From: a virus
Taxonomy: Duplodnaviria; Caudoviricetes
Virus record (IMG/VR): IMGVR_UViG_3300043410_001140
Span: 1 to 61,423 of that record
Length of the DNA: 61,423 nucleotides
Strand: one strand, 5' to 3'
Positions 38,379-47,876 of the stretch are shown piece by piece. How positions within the stretch are numbered: the stretch's first letter is position 1; every line of letters starts with the position of its first letter. A program made the translations under genes and the position numbers. A model generated the notes under the pieces. The model was not told the origin of the DNA. It worked only from the letters and a program-made list of their open reading frames with translations, and ran no database searches.

Positions 38379-39944
38379 TTACTGGTCTGATTCAATTCCT
38401 TTCATGATTTCAAGCAGCGACCCTTGCAGCTTTTGTTTGGTCTGCAATCGCTTATAGATTCGCCGTTCAATATCACTTCCAGCTATATGAGCAATCACCG
38501 TTGTACGGGTTTGCCCGGGTCGGCGTACGCGCGCGCAGGCTTGCTCATACACATCGTTGGAATGAATCGGCGCAAACCAGATGATCGTCGTGGCAGCAGT
38601 CAAGGTCAGCCCATGGGACATGGTGGACGGGTTGGCCACAATCACGCGAATGCGGTCAGTCTTTTGGAAGTCCCCAAAGATTTGGTCACGTTCTGTTTTT
38701 GGCGTACCGCCATGGATCGCAGCGCACTCCCAATCGGTAGACAGCTCAGTCATCAGGTGCTCTAGCACACCAGTAAGCGGAACGAACACCAGCACCTTGC
38801 CCTCTGATTCTTCAATCAGTTCTTTGAGCACATCAATGCGTGGCTTGTTTGGAATGTAGATGTGTTCGCCACCAGCGCCGTAGGCAACGCCGCATGCAAT
38901 CTGAACCAACTTGTTGGCCTTGACAGCCTCATTGACCGCCGTAACTTCGCCGCCTTCATACTCCATGATGAGTTTGTCCAGCATAGCTTTATAGGCGCTC
39001 TTTTGCTCTGTGGTCATATCGACATCACGCGAAACAAAAGTCTGTTCTGGCAAGTCAATGCAGTCATCTAATGCAAACCGTACCGCTGGCTGCATGATCT
39101 GTTTCACAACGTCCACTGCGTTGCTGCGTGGAACCCACTTGAATTGGGTCAGTTGTTTCATAACCATATCTCTGAACTTACCAAAGTACTTCGGCACGTC
39201 AGGATTTGCAGGCACTACGATTCGGCATTGTGCCCAAGCATCGGTTGGCTCGTGCGGAGTTGGCGCTCCAGTTAAACCCCATACCCTGCGCGGCGTTTGC
39301 TTGTTGCAGATGTTGTTCAAAATCTTCCAGCGGTCAGTACCAGAATTTCTGAACATGGCAATTTCATCGACAATGATTAAGTCAATGTCGTCACGCGCGG
39401 CCAAGTCATCTTCAATGGTTTTAATACCATCGGTGTTGATGATGTAGACATCCACGTTTTGAGCCAGCATTTTTCTTCTGCGTTCACGAGAGCCATACAC
39501 AACAGCGGTGTCTAAATGTGGAAACGTTTTGAACACTTCATCAGCCCATGTGCGTTCCATCGTGGACAGCGGACAAATGATTAGCGCCTTGCGTACCATC
39601 TTGCATTCACGCATGTAGTCGTACGCCCACAAAGACGTAACGGTCTTACCCAAGCCCATCGAGTTCAAGCAAAAAGCTCGGTCATGCATAGACAAGAAGT
39701 TGGCAGTCTCAATTTGCGCAGCGAATGGCTTGAACCGCCCCGGCCACTTGTAGTAATACTGCATTGGGTCAGGCGCATTGATGCCAAGGTTGCGAAGCAC
39801 CTTAACTTCGTCAGGTCTGTGCGGCACAGCGACTAACGTATCGCCTTCGTGTGATACCAGCTTTGCAGTCGGTACGACAGTGGTTACTCTAGAGGGGTTG
39901 CGCAGTTTGAGGATGACTGCTTTTTTATCTGTTCTGATTAGCAT
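38379..39944 (-). CDS. SNF2-family helicase
   Basis: MGLGKT, IIVDE, LTGAP, HGLTLT, QACARVRRPGQ. Confidence 0.92.
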   Translation of the reverse strand: MLIRTDKKAVILKLRNPSRVTTVVPTAKLVSHEGDTLVAVPHRPDEVKVLRNLGINAPDPMQYYYKWPGRFKPFAAQIETANFLSMHDRAFCLNSMGLGKTVTSLWAYDYMRECKMVRKALIICPLSTMERTWADEVFKTFPHLDTAVVYGSRERRRKMLAQNVDVYIINTDGIKTIEDDLAARDDIDLIIVDEIAMFRNSGTDRWKILNNICNKQTPRRVWGLTGAPTPHEPTDAWAQCRIVVPANPDVPKYFGKFRDMVMKQLTQFKWVPRSNAVDVVKQIMQPAVRFALDDCIDLPEQTFVSRDVDMTTEQKSAYKAMLDKLIMEYEGGEVTAVNEAVKANKLVQIACGVAYGAGGEHIYIPNKPRIDVLKELIEESEGKVLVFVPLTGVLEHLMTELSTDWECAAIHGGTPKTERDQIFGDFQKTDRIRVIVANPSTMSHGLTLTAATTIIWFAPIHSNDVYEQACARVRRPGQTRTTVIAHIAGSDIERRIYKRLQTKQKLQGSLLEIMKGIESDQ

Positions 39945-40174
39945 GAAAGTCTCATTGCAGCGAGTACAGCCAAGATGGTTTCATCTGTGATAACTGACAA
40001 AGTCATTTTATGAACTGTAGAGCTGTCTGTGGTTACCCAGCGAATCCTTCGGTCTCCGTAAAGGTCGTAACTAACATCCACTTCAAATACGTTTGGTGGA
40101 ACTGGATACCCCCATAGCGTGTACACGCCAGAGGGGCTTAACCGTAGTGGGCTACTTTCCGTACTGATTGCCAT
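39938..40174 (-). CDS. Hypothetical protein
   Basis: GGAG SD before MAISTE. Confidence 0.6.
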   Translation of the reverse strand: MAISTESSPLRLSPSGVYTLWGYPVPPNVFEVDVSYDLYGDRRIRWVTTDSSTVHKMTLSVITDETILAVLAAMRLSC

Positions 40175-40415
40175 GGTCTTTTCTCCACCCACGATTGGTT
40201 TCTTTGGTCACTACGCGCATGTTGGACTTAGAGTTTGTGCCACCAGCATCAAGCATCTTTTTGTGGTCAACGTCTTTACCGTCGCCCTTCTTAGCTTTGC
40301 CAGCTTTTTCCATTTGGTAGCGGGCTTTGTTTCGTTCTTCACGCTTCTTGATTTGGTCAGGTGTTGACTCGTAGGCTTTGTCGTAAGCCGCTTTGGTTGG
40401 TCCGCCTTTGTTCAT
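40152..40415 (-). CDS. HNH-like small protein
   Basis: GDGKDVDHK...GGTN..SN.RV....NR. Confidence 0.75.
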   Translation of the reverse strand: MNKGGPTKAAYDKAYESTPDQIKKREERNKARYQMEKAGKAKKGDGKDVDHKKMLDAGGTNSKSNMRVVTKETNRGWRKDHGNQYGK

Positions 40416-40705
40416 AGAATCCCTTTCAAAAAAGTACGTAGTTGTTCGACATCATCCACAACAACAGACCATCCGCCATGGTCTTGGATTTCCTTCAACA
40501 CCCTGTCTTGGTTGGGCGTTGTGTTGTTTCGTTTGCCCGGCGCTTTGGTTTCTATTGCCATAAACTTTCCATTCAAGCAACAGATAAAGTCTGGAATACC
40601 CACAACTCCAAACCCATTTTGCATGGGCATGAAAAACCAAATGCTATGTTCTTTGAGCAGCTTCTTCACTGCCGCTTTGACTTTACCCTCGGGGGTTTGC
40701 GCCAT
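40412..40705 (-). CDS. VRR-NUC nuclease
   Basis: PEGKVK, GIPDF, AIETKAPG, T.NQ. Confidence 0.88.
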   Translation of the reverse strand: MAQTPEGKVKAAVKKLLKEHSIWFFMPMQNGFGVVGIPDFICCLNGKFMAIETKAPGKRNNTTPNQDRVLKEIQDHGGWSVVVDDVEQLRTFLKGIL

Positions 40706-40820
40706 CTTGAATCTCCAGTGCGATTCGTGCAATATTCTTAGCAGCTACAAAGAACCCGTCTGTCGGGAGGGAGGCAATGGCTTCAAGCGCCATTTTTAAT
40801 CTTGCTTCTTGAGGTGTCAT
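40683..40820 (-). CDS. Hypothetical 45-aa protein
   Basis: Manual translation MTPQEARLKMALEAIA...; ATGA coupling. Confidence 0.55.
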   Translation of the reverse strand: MTPQEARLKMALEAIASLPTDGFFVAAKNIARIALEIQDGANPRG

Positions 40821-41470
40821 TTTTTGTCCTTGTAAAAGTCACACGATTTAACTGGACACCAGCCCTTGCACAACCCACTTGGTCGGCATGGCCAAGCATC
40901 GCGCTCATAGGCTGACTCTAGTTTGCGAACACGAGGAATGAACTCGCGCCAGATAGCCGGTACATCATCACGGTGAAACTTTTCTTTGTCAATCTTTTTG
41001 TCTTTGAGCCAAACAAAACCAGTCGTGACATAGTCCACCTGTGGGTACATGGCAAATGTGTAACCAGCGTACAGCTTAAGCTGCTCTGTGGGTTTGCGTT
41101 TACCAGTCTTGTGGTCAAAGATACCAGCCGAGTCATTGTGGATTACCAACAAGTCAGCGATGCCGCGAGACCATGCGGTTGACCAATCCGTTGGCTGAAA
41201 GTTTTTATCCACCGCCATTTTTTCTTCGCACAGCTTTACCCCGGGCAGTGCTGCGAACTTCGAAGCGATACCTTCCCATTGCGTCATTCCCTCGGGCAGC
41301 GGTGTCCCGTCCTTGATCCGGTACTCCATGGCTGAGTGGACTTTCTCGCCCCACTTCGTCGCTTCTGTGGGCGGTTCCTTCACGTCCTTCTTGACTCGAA
41401 CGTGGTAGAACTGGCGGGGGCACGTCTCGAACTTGTCGAGCTGTGAGTATGTCCAAGCGGGTATAGCCAT
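40817..41470 (-). CDS. PD-(D/E)XK (Cas4/RecB-like) exonuclease
   Basis: YSQL..FE.CP, GIADL, DHKTG, QL.LYA, C-terminal C..WCP...C. Confidence 0.85.
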   Translation of the reverse strand: MAIPAWTYSQLDKFETCPRQFYHVRVKKDVKEPPTEATKWGEKVHSAMEYRIKDGTPLPEGMTQWEGIASKFAALPGVKLCEEKMAVDKNFQPTDWSTAWSRGIADLLVIHNDSAGIFDHKTGKRKPTEQLKLYAGYTFAMYPQVDYVTTGFVWLKDKKIDKEKFHRDDVPAIWREFIPRVRKLESAYERDAWPCRPSGLCKGWCPVKSCDFYKDKK

Positions 41471-41508
41471 AGAGTTTCCTTCCAAGGGTCAAAAACCGTT
41501 GGAGTAGT

Positions 41509-43401
41509 TTATTTTGCGTCTGCATAGTTTAAACCAATATCGCCTTCACACGATACGGGTAAATCCTGACACCACTTAGGTGCTACAGACATGGTAGCCA
41601 GCATGAACTCAAGCGCCCATGCACCTGCGGCTTTTGGCACTACGGCCACAACCTCGTCATGCACAGTCAATACAACTTTGTAGCGCGCGTCTGCGTCTGG
41701 GTTGTCGTTCTTGCGCATTTCTATGTCGATCTTGGCCATTTGGTCAAACACCACGATACGAGCCAAGGCTTGCACAATGTTTTCAACCATCTTGCCACCA
41801 TAGATTTTGACGGCGCCGTAGCGACCATCGTATTCAAAGCCGTCAGCAGTCTTGCGCAAGTTGGGGTAGCGAATCATCGTACCGTTTGGAAGGTGTACTC
41901 CCTCTGGCGTACAACGCAACTCGATGCCTACGCCAACCGTTGTCTCAAAACCTGCGGCCATTTTGCCCAATGCAGTGTGGCAAGCTTTCCAGATGTCAGC
42001 GATCTTGCTGAACTTGGCGCGGTACAGATTCACGGTGCGCTCTGCGTCTTTGATGTCCATATCCACGGACACCCCACCCATGCCGATCTTGAGCGTGGCT
42101 TTGAACTTGTCTTTGCCCATGCCATAGCCAAGCCCCAGAATACAGGTCTTACCGACGAAGCCCTCAACCTTGTCTGGGTTGTACTCTTTGCCGTTCTCGT
42201 CAATCGCTTTGGCTTTACGGTCAACCTTGCGGCCATACACATCAGAGGCAAACGACGAGTAGATGTCCACGTTCTTGCGGAAGTCTTCGACCAGATCAGT
42301 CTGGCCTGCCCACCATGCAACGACACGAGCTTCAATCTGAGCCGAGTCAACTGCCACCAGTACGTGGTTGTCAGGAACTTTAATGGCTCGACGCAACGCC
42401 CCACCTCGCGGTAGGTTTTGCAAGTTCATCTTGTCGCCGCCAGACGCTCTACCAGTATGCGCTCCCCAGTAGTTAAGCATGATCGGGAGTGCTCCGCGCT
42501 CTGCAATGCCGAGAAAAGACTCCGTGCGGGTTTCTTCAAGCGTAGACTTAATGCCGAGACGCGCAGCAACGACGGCTTGCACCGCTGGATTTGGATGCTC
42601 CGCCAAATCTTTGAAGGCTTGGTCTGTTTTGCCAAACGCATAGGTTTCTTTCTGTGTGCGTAGACTGACTTTTGTTGGGGGTTCGACTCCGAGTTTACGG
42701 AGCACGTCAGCAAACTGCAAGTTAGACATCAACGCCTCACGACCAATTGTGGTGTCAATGCGGGACATCAGTTTGGTTTTGTTTGCCTGTACTTTTTCTA
42801 AGTGAGCTGTGAGTACTTCTTTGTCCAACTCCAACACAGGGTCGGTGAACATGCGAAGCATCAAGTCTTGGATGTACAGTTCTTTTGCTGGGTTCCACTG
42901 TTTGAACACTTGGTACAAACCGTACGTGAGGTTGACGTCATTGATACAGTACTTGCCGTATGCGTCTATCTCAGCGGCAGAGAAGTCTTTGCGCCGCTTG
43001 CCCATGGCGTTGACCACCTCAGTACCTTTTTCGGCAAGTAGAAATTTCTTGGACAGTGCGGCTAGTGAAACACCAATCGTTTGCCCCGTAATTGGTCTCG
43101 CCATTGATAAGGTATCGAGATAGTACTTGGGGCGCAGTCCATATCGCCACGCGAGGATTGCCCCATCGAAAGCGGTGTGGTGACATAGAAGGTATGAGTT
43201 TGGTATGTCGAGCGATGTAAGTGCCAGCGAGATTCTTTCACTGCTGCCTGTAACCCATGTGGTTTCTCCATCGTCGATTTTGTATCCGAATCCAATGACT
43301 TCGAATCTTTGGTCTCTGATGTATTGCTCAGTTGTGATTTTGGAGAGACTGAAATCTTTGTCATAGTAAGTTTCAAAGTCAAGGGTGATTAATTTTGTCA
43401 T
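41509..43401 (-). CDS. polA: DNA polymerase family A with 3'-5' exonuclease
   Basis: LDFET, FDG, NLQNLPR, motif A DSAQIEAR, motif B KTCILGLGYG, motif C VHDE. Confidence 0.95.
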   Translation of the reverse strand: MTKLITLDFETYYDKDFSLSKITTEQYIRDQRFEVIGFGYKIDDGETTWVTGSSERISLALTSLDIPNSYLLCHHTAFDGAILAWRYGLRPKYYLDTLSMARPITGQTIGVSLAALSKKFLLAEKGTEVVNAMGKRRKDFSAAEIDAYGKYCINDVNLTYGLYQVFKQWNPAKELYIQDLMLRMFTDPVLELDKEVLTAHLEKVQANKTKLMSRIDTTIGREALMSNLQFADVLRKLGVEPPTKVSLRTQKETYAFGKTDQAFKDLAEHPNPAVQAVVAARLGIKSTLEETRTESFLGIAERGALPIMLNYWGAHTGRASGGDKMNLQNLPRGGALRRAIKVPDNHVLVAVDSAQIEARVVAWWAGQTDLVEDFRKNVDIYSSFASDVYGRKVDRKAKAIDENGKEYNPDKVEGFVGKTCILGLGYGMGKDKFKATLKIGMGGVSVDMDIKDAERTVNLYRAKFSKIADIWKACHTALGKMAAGFETTVGVGIELRCTPEGVHLPNGTMIRYPNLRKTADGFEYDGRYGAVKIYGGKMVENIVQALARIVVFDQMAKIDIEMRKNDNPDADARYKVVLTVHDEVVAVVPKAAGAWALEFMLATMSVAPKWCQDLPVSCEGDIGLNYADAK

Positions 43402-43568
43402 GAGGGATTCCGGTCAATACGCGATGAACTGAGAAACCAAAACGCTTCTGTATGTTGGCGTCGGCAGCGGATCAATATGCCTGTGGCAAACGCGCGTTCG
43501 GCGTTCTTAAACCTCTGGTAGGTTTTGATTTCACCAGTCTCTTTGTTTTTTGATTTAAGGTAAATCAT
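43398..43568 (-). CDS. Hypothetical 56-aa protein
   Basis: Manual translation MIYLKSKNKETGEIKTY...; ATGA overlaps on both sides. Confidence 0.55.
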   Translation of the reverse strand: MIYLKSKNKETGEIKTYQRFKNAERAFATGILIRCRRQHTEAFWFLSSSRIDRNPS

Positions 43569-43762
43569 CTTGTAGCCGCTTCTATGGTAACGCGAACTTT
43601 GATTGGCTTGCCCTTGATCTTGAATGCGTCAATGTCGGCCTGTGCCTCTGACTTGAGGTCGTACAGTGAATAGCCAACCGTACTCCATGACGCCTTGTGG
43701 AAAGCACTGTCTTGAATTTCAATTGCCCACAGTTCTTTTGTGGTGCGGTGTGCCTGTCTCAT
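43565..43762 (-). CDS. Hypothetical protein
   Basis: Coupled ORF. Confidence 0.65.
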   Translation of the reverse strand: MRQAHRTTKELWAIEIQDSAFHKASWSTVGYSLYDLKSEAQADIDAFKIKGKPIKVRVTIEAATR

Positions 43763-43920
43763 TTTTTACCTTTCGGTTTCTTAGGAATCTGCCCAATGTC
43801 CAATGGCAGTTCAGCGAATTTGAAGTTCGTCCTACGGTGAGGGCGTGGCTTTGGCGGCATTGGCGCCTTAATCTGTTCAGGTGTGTACCAGACAGCGGGG
43901 TTTGCGATCACTGTTTTCAT
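43759..43920 (-). CDS. Hypothetical 53-aa Pro/Lys-rich protein
   Basis: Manual translation MKTVIANPAVWYTPEQ...; ATGA overlaps. Confidence 0.55.
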   Translation of the reverse strand: MKTVIANPAVWYTPEQIKAPMPPKPRPHRRTNFKFAELPLDIGQIPKKPKGKK

Positions 43921-44384
43921 GCAATCTTTCTGGCTTTCTTGTGGCGCACATCTTTCTCAACAACCTCAAGCGCGCGCTCCATGTCCCACACGGAGCTTTC
44001 TTTCAGCTGGGCATCGTGGATTTCCAGCATCAAGTTGATAGCAGTCAGCTCATGTGCTCTGCAGATAAACCGATTGTCACGAGACACGCCACGAATGGCA
44101 ACTGCAAGCAACGCATCTTGGCCAGCGCGAATTTCTTCAGACCAGTCCCGACCAAGTGAAGCCTTGACTCGAATATAGCCTTCGCACATATTGGCAGCAC
44201 CAATGAGAATGTCCATTGCTTCTTTGTCGGCCTCGCCACGGCGCAACTTATCCATCGCGTCATGGTTTTTAATCATCAGGCTTGTACCTGCACTGATAGA
44301 GGCAACAGTTTTCACACTGGACATTACCCACGAAATGTTGTCTGTGCGTACGCCTTTGGGCTTGTACTTGCTACGCTTTCTCAT
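43917..44384 (-). CDS. Hypothetical protein (MRKRSKYKPK type)
   Basis: Coupled ORF. Confidence 0.78.
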   Translation of the reverse strand: MRKRSKYKPKGVRTDNISWVMSSVKTVASISAGTSLMIKNHDAMDKLRRGEADKEAMDILIGAANMCEGYIRVKASLGRDWSEEIRAGQDALLAVAIRGVSRDNRFICRAHELTAINLMLEIHDAQLKESSVWDMERALEVVEKDVRHKKARKIA

Positions 44385-44701
44385 TGCAGTGCTTGATCCA
44401 CCAGTAATGCAGCGACAGCTTCGGCAAGGTTTTGCCCCTCTGCCACCAAGAAGATTGATGAAAAGATTTGCTCATGGTTCATGTTCCCACGAGGGGGAAC
44501 TGTGTTGTTGCGTTTGACCCATGTTGCTTCCAACACTCTGCCATTCATCGCTGGTCGAATTGTGATACTACAAATGGCCTGCGTGTCGAAACGAGTTGGC
44601 TGCTTAGGCGGATCGCTAGCGAGTTCATACTCACGAACGTTGTTTTCTGGCCGTGTCATCATGGCTATTTTTTTAGCCATTGAATGGATGAATGCTTTCA
44701 T
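44381..44701 (-). CDS. Hypothetical protein
   Basis: Coupled ORF. Confidence 0.7.
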   Translation of the reverse strand: MKAFIHSMAKKIAMMTRPENNVREYELASDPPKQPTRFDTQAICSITIRPAMNGRVLEATWVKRNNTVPPRGNMNHEQIFSSIFLVAEGQNLAEAVAALLVDQALQ

Positions 44702-44985
44702 AATTTAACTCCCGCCACGATTGTGAATTCGCCGTTTGCACGATCAAGTGTTTCAGACACTTCTTTTTGTGCTTTATAAGCGTTGATGATGTCTGGATGT
44801 GCTTTCTCCATCCATTCCATGAACTCCATGCCTTTGTACATAAGGGGTTCACAGTAATTGAGGCGCGAAATTACTCCATTGAGCTCAGTTGTAAGCGCTG
44901 CTAACTGAGATTCAACCCCTCGTTTGAAATTCTGCAGATCGGCGGGAGCGAGTAAGTCTGGCGTTGAATAGTATGTGCCAACCAT
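44698..44985 (-). CDS. Hypothetical protein
   Basis: GGAGG SD before ATG 44985. Confidence 0.7.
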   Translation of the reverse strand: MVGTYYSTPDLLAPADLQNFKRGVESQLAALTTELNGVISRLNYCEPLMYKGMEFMEWMEKAHPDIINAYKAQKEVSETLDRANGEFTIVAGVKL

Positions 44986-44986
44986 G

Positions 44987-45565
44987 TTAGCCTCCGAAAA
45001 TCTTTTTGAGTTGGTCATAGACTTCTCGTGCTTGCAGTACGCTCAAAGAATTGATGAATGCAGTTGTGCTTTGTTGGAACGTAGGCTCAACATTGACCAC
45101 AGGTTTGGCAGCACTTTTTGGTGGACGACCACGTTTGGCTTTTGTTTTGGCCAGCTTTTCTTCACGCTTGCGCTTCATTGTTTCCAAAGATGCTGCTCGG
45201 GCTTCTTGCAGCCGTTTGATTTTTTCTTCCTTGGTGAGGGCTTGATATGGCTTATCAGTCACATAATAGCGACGAGCACTAAAGGAGGCATCAAACACAT
45301 GCTTAAGCAAGCCACGACTGATCAGTTGAGTGATTCGCGTTGACGCCCCATCGCGCAGCAAGTTACACCCTGCCACCACATCAGAAGCAAGGCATCCGGG
45401 ATGTGTCTTGATGAAGTGGTACACCATTGATGTGTAGTTCACTTTGTTGTCTTCGTCAACTTGGACTTGAACGTCTTGTGCGCCAACGTCGTCATCGAAC
45501 TTGAGGCTATCAAGTTTCATTTTGGGGATCACTTTCGTAAATAATTCAGTTTGAATGTCTGGCAT
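44987..45565 (-). CDS. Winged-helix-like DNA-binding protein with AT-hook-like KRGRPPK
   Basis: FIKTHPG...STRITQL..RG; GGAG SD. Confidence 0.65.
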   Translation of the reverse strand: MPDIQTELFTKVIPKMKLDSLKFDDDVGAQDVQVQVDEDNKVNYTSMVYHFIKTHPGCLASDVVAGCNLLRDGASTRITQLISRGLLKHVFDASFSARRYYVTDKPYQALTKEEKIKRLQEARAASLETMKRKREEKLAKTKAKRGRPPKSAAKPVVNVEPTFQQSTTAFINSLSVLQAREVYDQLKKIFGG

Positions 45566-45566
45566 G

Positions 45567-45878
45567 TCACTTCTCCAGTTTGTTTTCCACCATGATCGCA
45601 ACAAACAGGTCTTGCAGTTCGTCCATGTCCTTGCAGATTTTTCGTTTCCCAGCGCAGGAAATCACATAGCCGTTGTCCACTTGTTCGACAGTAAACGCCA
45701 AAGTGGACTTTGTAGCTCTAAATATGTCAGCCGATATTGCGTTTTGAGCGCCGTGTGGCCATGGTTGGTTAGTGCCAAGCATTGTGCTTTGGTTAGTAAG
45801 GTTCCCAGACCCCCCACTGCCAACGGTAGTACCAAAAAACCCTGATTGCGCAGCTGCGTTTTGGAATGGGTGTGACAT
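45567..45878 (-). CDS. Hypothetical protein
   Basis: VEQVDNGYVI motif. Confidence 0.65.
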   Translation of the reverse strand: MSHPFQNAAAQSGFFGTTVGSGGSGNLTNQSTMLGTNQPWPHGAQNAISADIFRATKSTLAFTVEQVDNGYVISCAGKRKICKDMDELQDLFVAIMVENKLEK

Positions 45879-45882
45879 AGCG

Positions 45883-46254
45883 TTACTTCCCTTCTGCTTG
45901 TTTGCGCTTAAGGACTTCGACAAGTTTTTCAAGATAGTGGATACCTTTTCCAATCTCTTGGACTGCTTCATCTTTTGTCCCCATTCGCATTAAGTATTTC
46001 AATGCGCCCGAACGGTACGCACCGATTTGCTGGTCAATCGGCCATGTGTCTACAACATCCCACGGCTGCACTGCAAGTTTTTTGTAGTGATCGCCACCGA
46101 CTTGTCGCAGGCTCGGTTGATTCATGATAGGTGACGGCTCCGGCGTTTGACCTGTAGCCAATCGAATGTTGCGCAGCACTGGACAAACATCAGCCTCGTC
46201 AAACTTACAGCCTGACGCATCGCAGTGGTTCATGTGTTGGTAGTATTCAGCCAT
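45883..46254 (-). CDS. DUF3310 / SaV-like protein
   Basis: QVGGDHYK, QPWD, ALKYLMR, K..HYLE. Confidence 0.8.
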   Translation of the reverse strand: MAEYYQHMNHCDASGCKFDEADVCPVLRNIRLATGQTPEPSPIMNQPSLRQVGGDHYKKLAVQPWDVVDTWPIDQQIGAYRSGALKYLMRMGTKDEAVQEIGKGIHYLEKLVEVLKRKQAEGK

Positions 46255-46271
46255 AGTGTTTCTTGTGTGGG

Positions 46272-46508
46272 TCAAGTCCGAAGTGAATCATTAGTTGGAC
46301 AAGGCGTGACTCGATACGTGCCATCCTCGCTGCGAGTTCGCTGTTGCTCGGGTGTGAGCTTGTCTGCGTACTTTGCGAATAGCCACTTGTCCCCGAGGGT
46401 CGTGACACTCCGCATCCAGTCTCTTTGGTATCGTCTTTTGACATATTGTGGTACTTCATAGGCGTTGAAAATCCGGATCGCTCGTCGAGCAAGTTGGTAG
46501 TTGGTCAT
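46272..46508 (-). CDS. Hypothetical protein (overlaps alternative ORF 46247-46444)
   Basis: YQR.W.RSV..LGDKWL pattern. Confidence 0.6.
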   Translation of the reverse strand: MTNYQLARRAIRIFNAYEVPQYVKRRYQRDWMRSVTTLGDKWLFAKYADKLTPEQQRTRSEDGTYRVTPCPTNDSLRT

Positions 46509-46517
46509 GGGTCACTT

Positions 46518-47171
46518 TCATACAGACAACTTGTGGTTCACTGCTGCTGCAGTAATTTCATCTGTTTTGATTTGAGCCAGCACTTCGGCGGCTCGTGAAA
46601 CTGTTTTGTTGGAAGCCACGCCAGCGTTCACACGAGTGATGTATGTGTCTTCGATGTACAGCGTAAGGGCTGGCCACAGCTTGACCGCTTCGTTCAAAGA
46701 CTTGGATGCCTTCAAGAACTCACGAACTTGCTCTTTGATTTCGCTCCACTTGCTTTTGATTTCGTCAGCCTTTTTCCATTGCTCGATGTACTTGGCGCAA
46801 ATCGTTTGTGCAAATGAATGCGATTCTGGAATGGCGACGGGGGCTGAATCGTAGCCGTTCTCACGTTTGCATGGAACGACGTACTTATCGCTAATTGATC
46901 TGGCGTAGACAGTAATTGTTTTTGTCTCATCGCCAACTTGCGCGTCAATGTGGATGTTGAGCATGCTGACATATTGCAGCCAGCTTTCTGGGATGCGGTG
47001 CCGCAAGTCGATGTGATTGCCCCAGACCAAGTTGGTAATGGCGGGGTCAGACGCCGACATGTTGAATGAGTTTTGCATATCGCCCAGAGCGCGGATTTCT
47101 TTTTCGCACATCTTGTTGATGTTTTCAACTGTGCTTGCGACGAGGGCGGCGGAAATTGCTACGTATGCCAT
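46518..47171 (-). CDS. Hypothetical protein, Nmad5-like C-terminus
   Basis: SLNEAVKLWP motif. Confidence 0.6.
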   Translation of the reverse strand: MAYVAISAALVASTVENINKMCEKEIRALGDMQNSFNMSASDPAITNLVWGNHIDLRHRIPESWLQYVSMLNIHIDAQVGDETKTITVYARSISDKYVVPCKRENGYDSAPVAIPESHSFAQTICAKYIEQWKKADEIKSKWSEIKEQVREFLKASKSLNEAVKLWPALTLYIEDTYITRVNAGVASNKTVSRAAEVLAQIKTDEITAAAVNHKLSV

Positions 47172-47196
47172 GGTTTTCTTTCAGTAAGTGAGGTTG

Positions 47197-47225
47197 ATGA
47201 TACACGAACGTGTGTATGTTTGCAA
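47197..47225 (-). promoter_or_regulatory. sigma70 promoter with UP-like A/T tract
   Basis: Minus strand TTGCAA-17-TATCAT; spacer holds ACATACACAC motif and an imperfect palindrome. Confidence 0.7.
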
Positions 47226-47251
47226 AAAATTTTTTAGGGGTTTTCTCTAGG

Positions 47252-47470
47252 TCATTGTTTACTCCTTGCTCGGATTTCTGCTGCCAATATGTCTGTGATT
47301 GCTGTGTTTTGGTTGTCTAGGTGCTTTGCACACGCCTCACGCTCTTTAGCTGCTACCAACTCGGCAAAGGCTTCAAGGTGTTTTTGTAAACCTTCTCGGT
47401 CAATTATTTCTTGATCCCACCAATCTTCAATACCAGCCTGTTTAGCCAATCCAATGATTTCTTGTGTCAT
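47252..47470 (-). CDS. Hypothetical protein (EREACA...IRAR type)
   Basis: Common small phage protein pattern. Confidence 0.75.
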   Translation of the reverse strand: MTQEIIGLAKQAGIEDWWDQEIIDREGLQKHLEAFAELVAAKEREACAKHLDNQNTAITDILAAEIRARSKQ

Positions 47471-47676
47471 ACCGGTGCGTCCTCATGGTTGTCGGGGTTG
47501 AACTTTGGCGGCTTGTTGCCGTTGTCTTTCGGGTTAGGGAATGCTGGGAATGGCCATGGCCGTTCATTAATTTTTTGCATTTTTAATTCGAACGCTATTT
47601 GTTCAAGCTTTGCGCAAATCCCCATACCAGTTAGAGAAATCACCAGCAGCAACAAATTTAATTGCATCCAAGTCAT
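47467..47676 (-). CDS. Small membrane protein
   Basis: AAGGAG SD; N-terminal TM. Confidence 0.65.
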   Translation of the reverse strand: MTWMQLNLLLLVISLTGMGICAKLEQIAFELKMQKINERPWPFPAFPNPKDNGNKPPKFNPDNHEDAPV

Positions 47677-47687
47677 GTCTTACTCCT

Positions 47688-47873
47688 TCATTTGCTATAC
47701 GGCGCGCAGTATGCTTCCACCGTGTGTCCATTAGCCATGCGTTTGATCTTTTCAGCAGCGTCGGCGCAAGCGTCTTGCGTTTTGAACACTTGCATGCTGA
47801 CTTGTGGGTAGTATTTATCTACACGATAGTAGCTTTGGCTGACAGCGAACCACATTACGATTAACACACTCAT
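47688..47873 (-). CDS. Hypothetical protein (F.T...C...A...YC type)
   Basis: AAGGAG SD. Confidence 0.7.
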   Translation of the reverse strand: MSVLIVMWFAVSQSYYRVDKYYPQVSMQVFKTQDACADAAEKIKRMANGHTVEAYCAPYSK

Positions 47874-47876
47874 GTT

